DNA of 64,000 nt, taken from positions 1 through 64,000 of the forward strand of contig JAQGDQ010001029.1 in assembly GCA_030141605.1 (NCBI GenBank). Reading direction: 5' to 3'. Made by a program: the position numbers and the translations under genes. This stretch comes from Tubiluchus corallicola. Taxonomy: Eukaryota > Animalia > Priapulida. Each line of letters begins with the position of its first letter. Positions within the stretch are counted from its first letter, which is position 1. This document shows, piece after piece, positions 63,523 through 64,000 of the stretch. The notes beneath the pieces are model-generated. The model saw nothing but the letters and a program-made list of their open reading frames with translations, was not told the DNA's origin and searched no databases.

Positions 63523-64000
63523 ATGATACCGGGTAGTTTTTCCGTGTTATTGCCCTCTAATGCCTCTCCCAAAGTGTATCCGGAGAACAGGCCGGGCGCC
63601 TTTCGCGTACAACTGCTCGATCCGCTAGAGCTGAAGGGAAACTGGGAAGTGGGTCTGACAGAAATAGTCTATCCGCGCTCATTCTACAATTACGAGGACA
63701 ACGAGTCGGTGGCCTTTATGACCCACGAGCGTGCCGTCAAGCTACCAGTGCTAACCGAATTTGCCGCACACTCCAAAAGGTTTAAACACATAGAGCTACC
63801 AAATGGACATTATAGCGATGCAAAAGAGCTGATGCACTACATAAATCAACAACTTCCCAAAAAGTTTTTCAACGTCACCTTTCACCCCATATCTAGACAC
63901 TCCCACTGGGCGGTTAAGGGAGAACTTTCCACTCTGGTCTTACGTAAACCGGTCACCGACATGATGGGTTTTTGGAACTTACCTTCGGCGATACTCACCA
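63523..64000 (+). CDS. Polinton minor capsid (penton) protein, truncated by the window end
   Basis: MIPGSFSVLLPSNASPKVYPENRPGAFRVQLLDPLELKGNWEVGLTEIVYP carries the LPSN...WEVGL.EI.YP signature. The frame appears open to the window end. Confidence 0.85.
   Translation, partial: MIPGSFSVLLPSNASPKVYPENRPGAFRVQLLDPLELKGNWEVGLTEIVYPRSFYNYEDNESVAFMTHERAVKLPVLTEFAAHSKRFKHIELPNGHYSDAKELMHYINQQLPKKFFNVTFHPISRHSHWAVKGELSTLVLRKPVTDMMGFWNLPSAILT

Larger units (their letters stand above)
56636..64000. mobile_element. Polinton/Maverick (adintovirus-like) element, left part, inside a septin intron
   Basis: Abrupt GC rise and an AGTAG terminus (candidate TSD GGCGGT at 56630-56635). GC-rich repeat-laden end, then densely packed genes: packaging ATPase, rve integrase-chromodomain, minor capsid. 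Confidence 0.92.

Overview
AT-rich invertebrate (metazoan) genomic DNA, not prokaryotic. From left to right it holds: (1) a >2 kb (AGT/AGC)n microsatellite that forms the tail of a tRNA-derived SINE; (2) a tandem cluster of three paralogous, unrecognised secreted proteins sharing a 6-Cys domain (6195-16640); (3) a complete 5-exon RPS13 gene (minus strand) with an almost intact EN+RT LINE in intron 1; (4) a two-coding-exon alpha-1,3-fucosyltransferase (FucTA-like, minus strand); (5) the 5' exons of a SEPT2-group septin (plus strand); (6) from about 56636, inside a septin intron, the left end of a Polinton/Maverick (adintovirus-like) element. The element's rightward cassette is canonical: packaging ATPase, basic core protein, rve integrase-chromodomain and minor capsid. 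Its leftward cassette is unusual. It appears to be spliced from one leader exon and encodes a PC4/Sub1-like protein, a DEDD-like protein and a TATA-binding-protein homolog, which suggests a virus-like transposon carrying its own basal transcription factors. All calls come from reading the sequence by eye; no searches were run.
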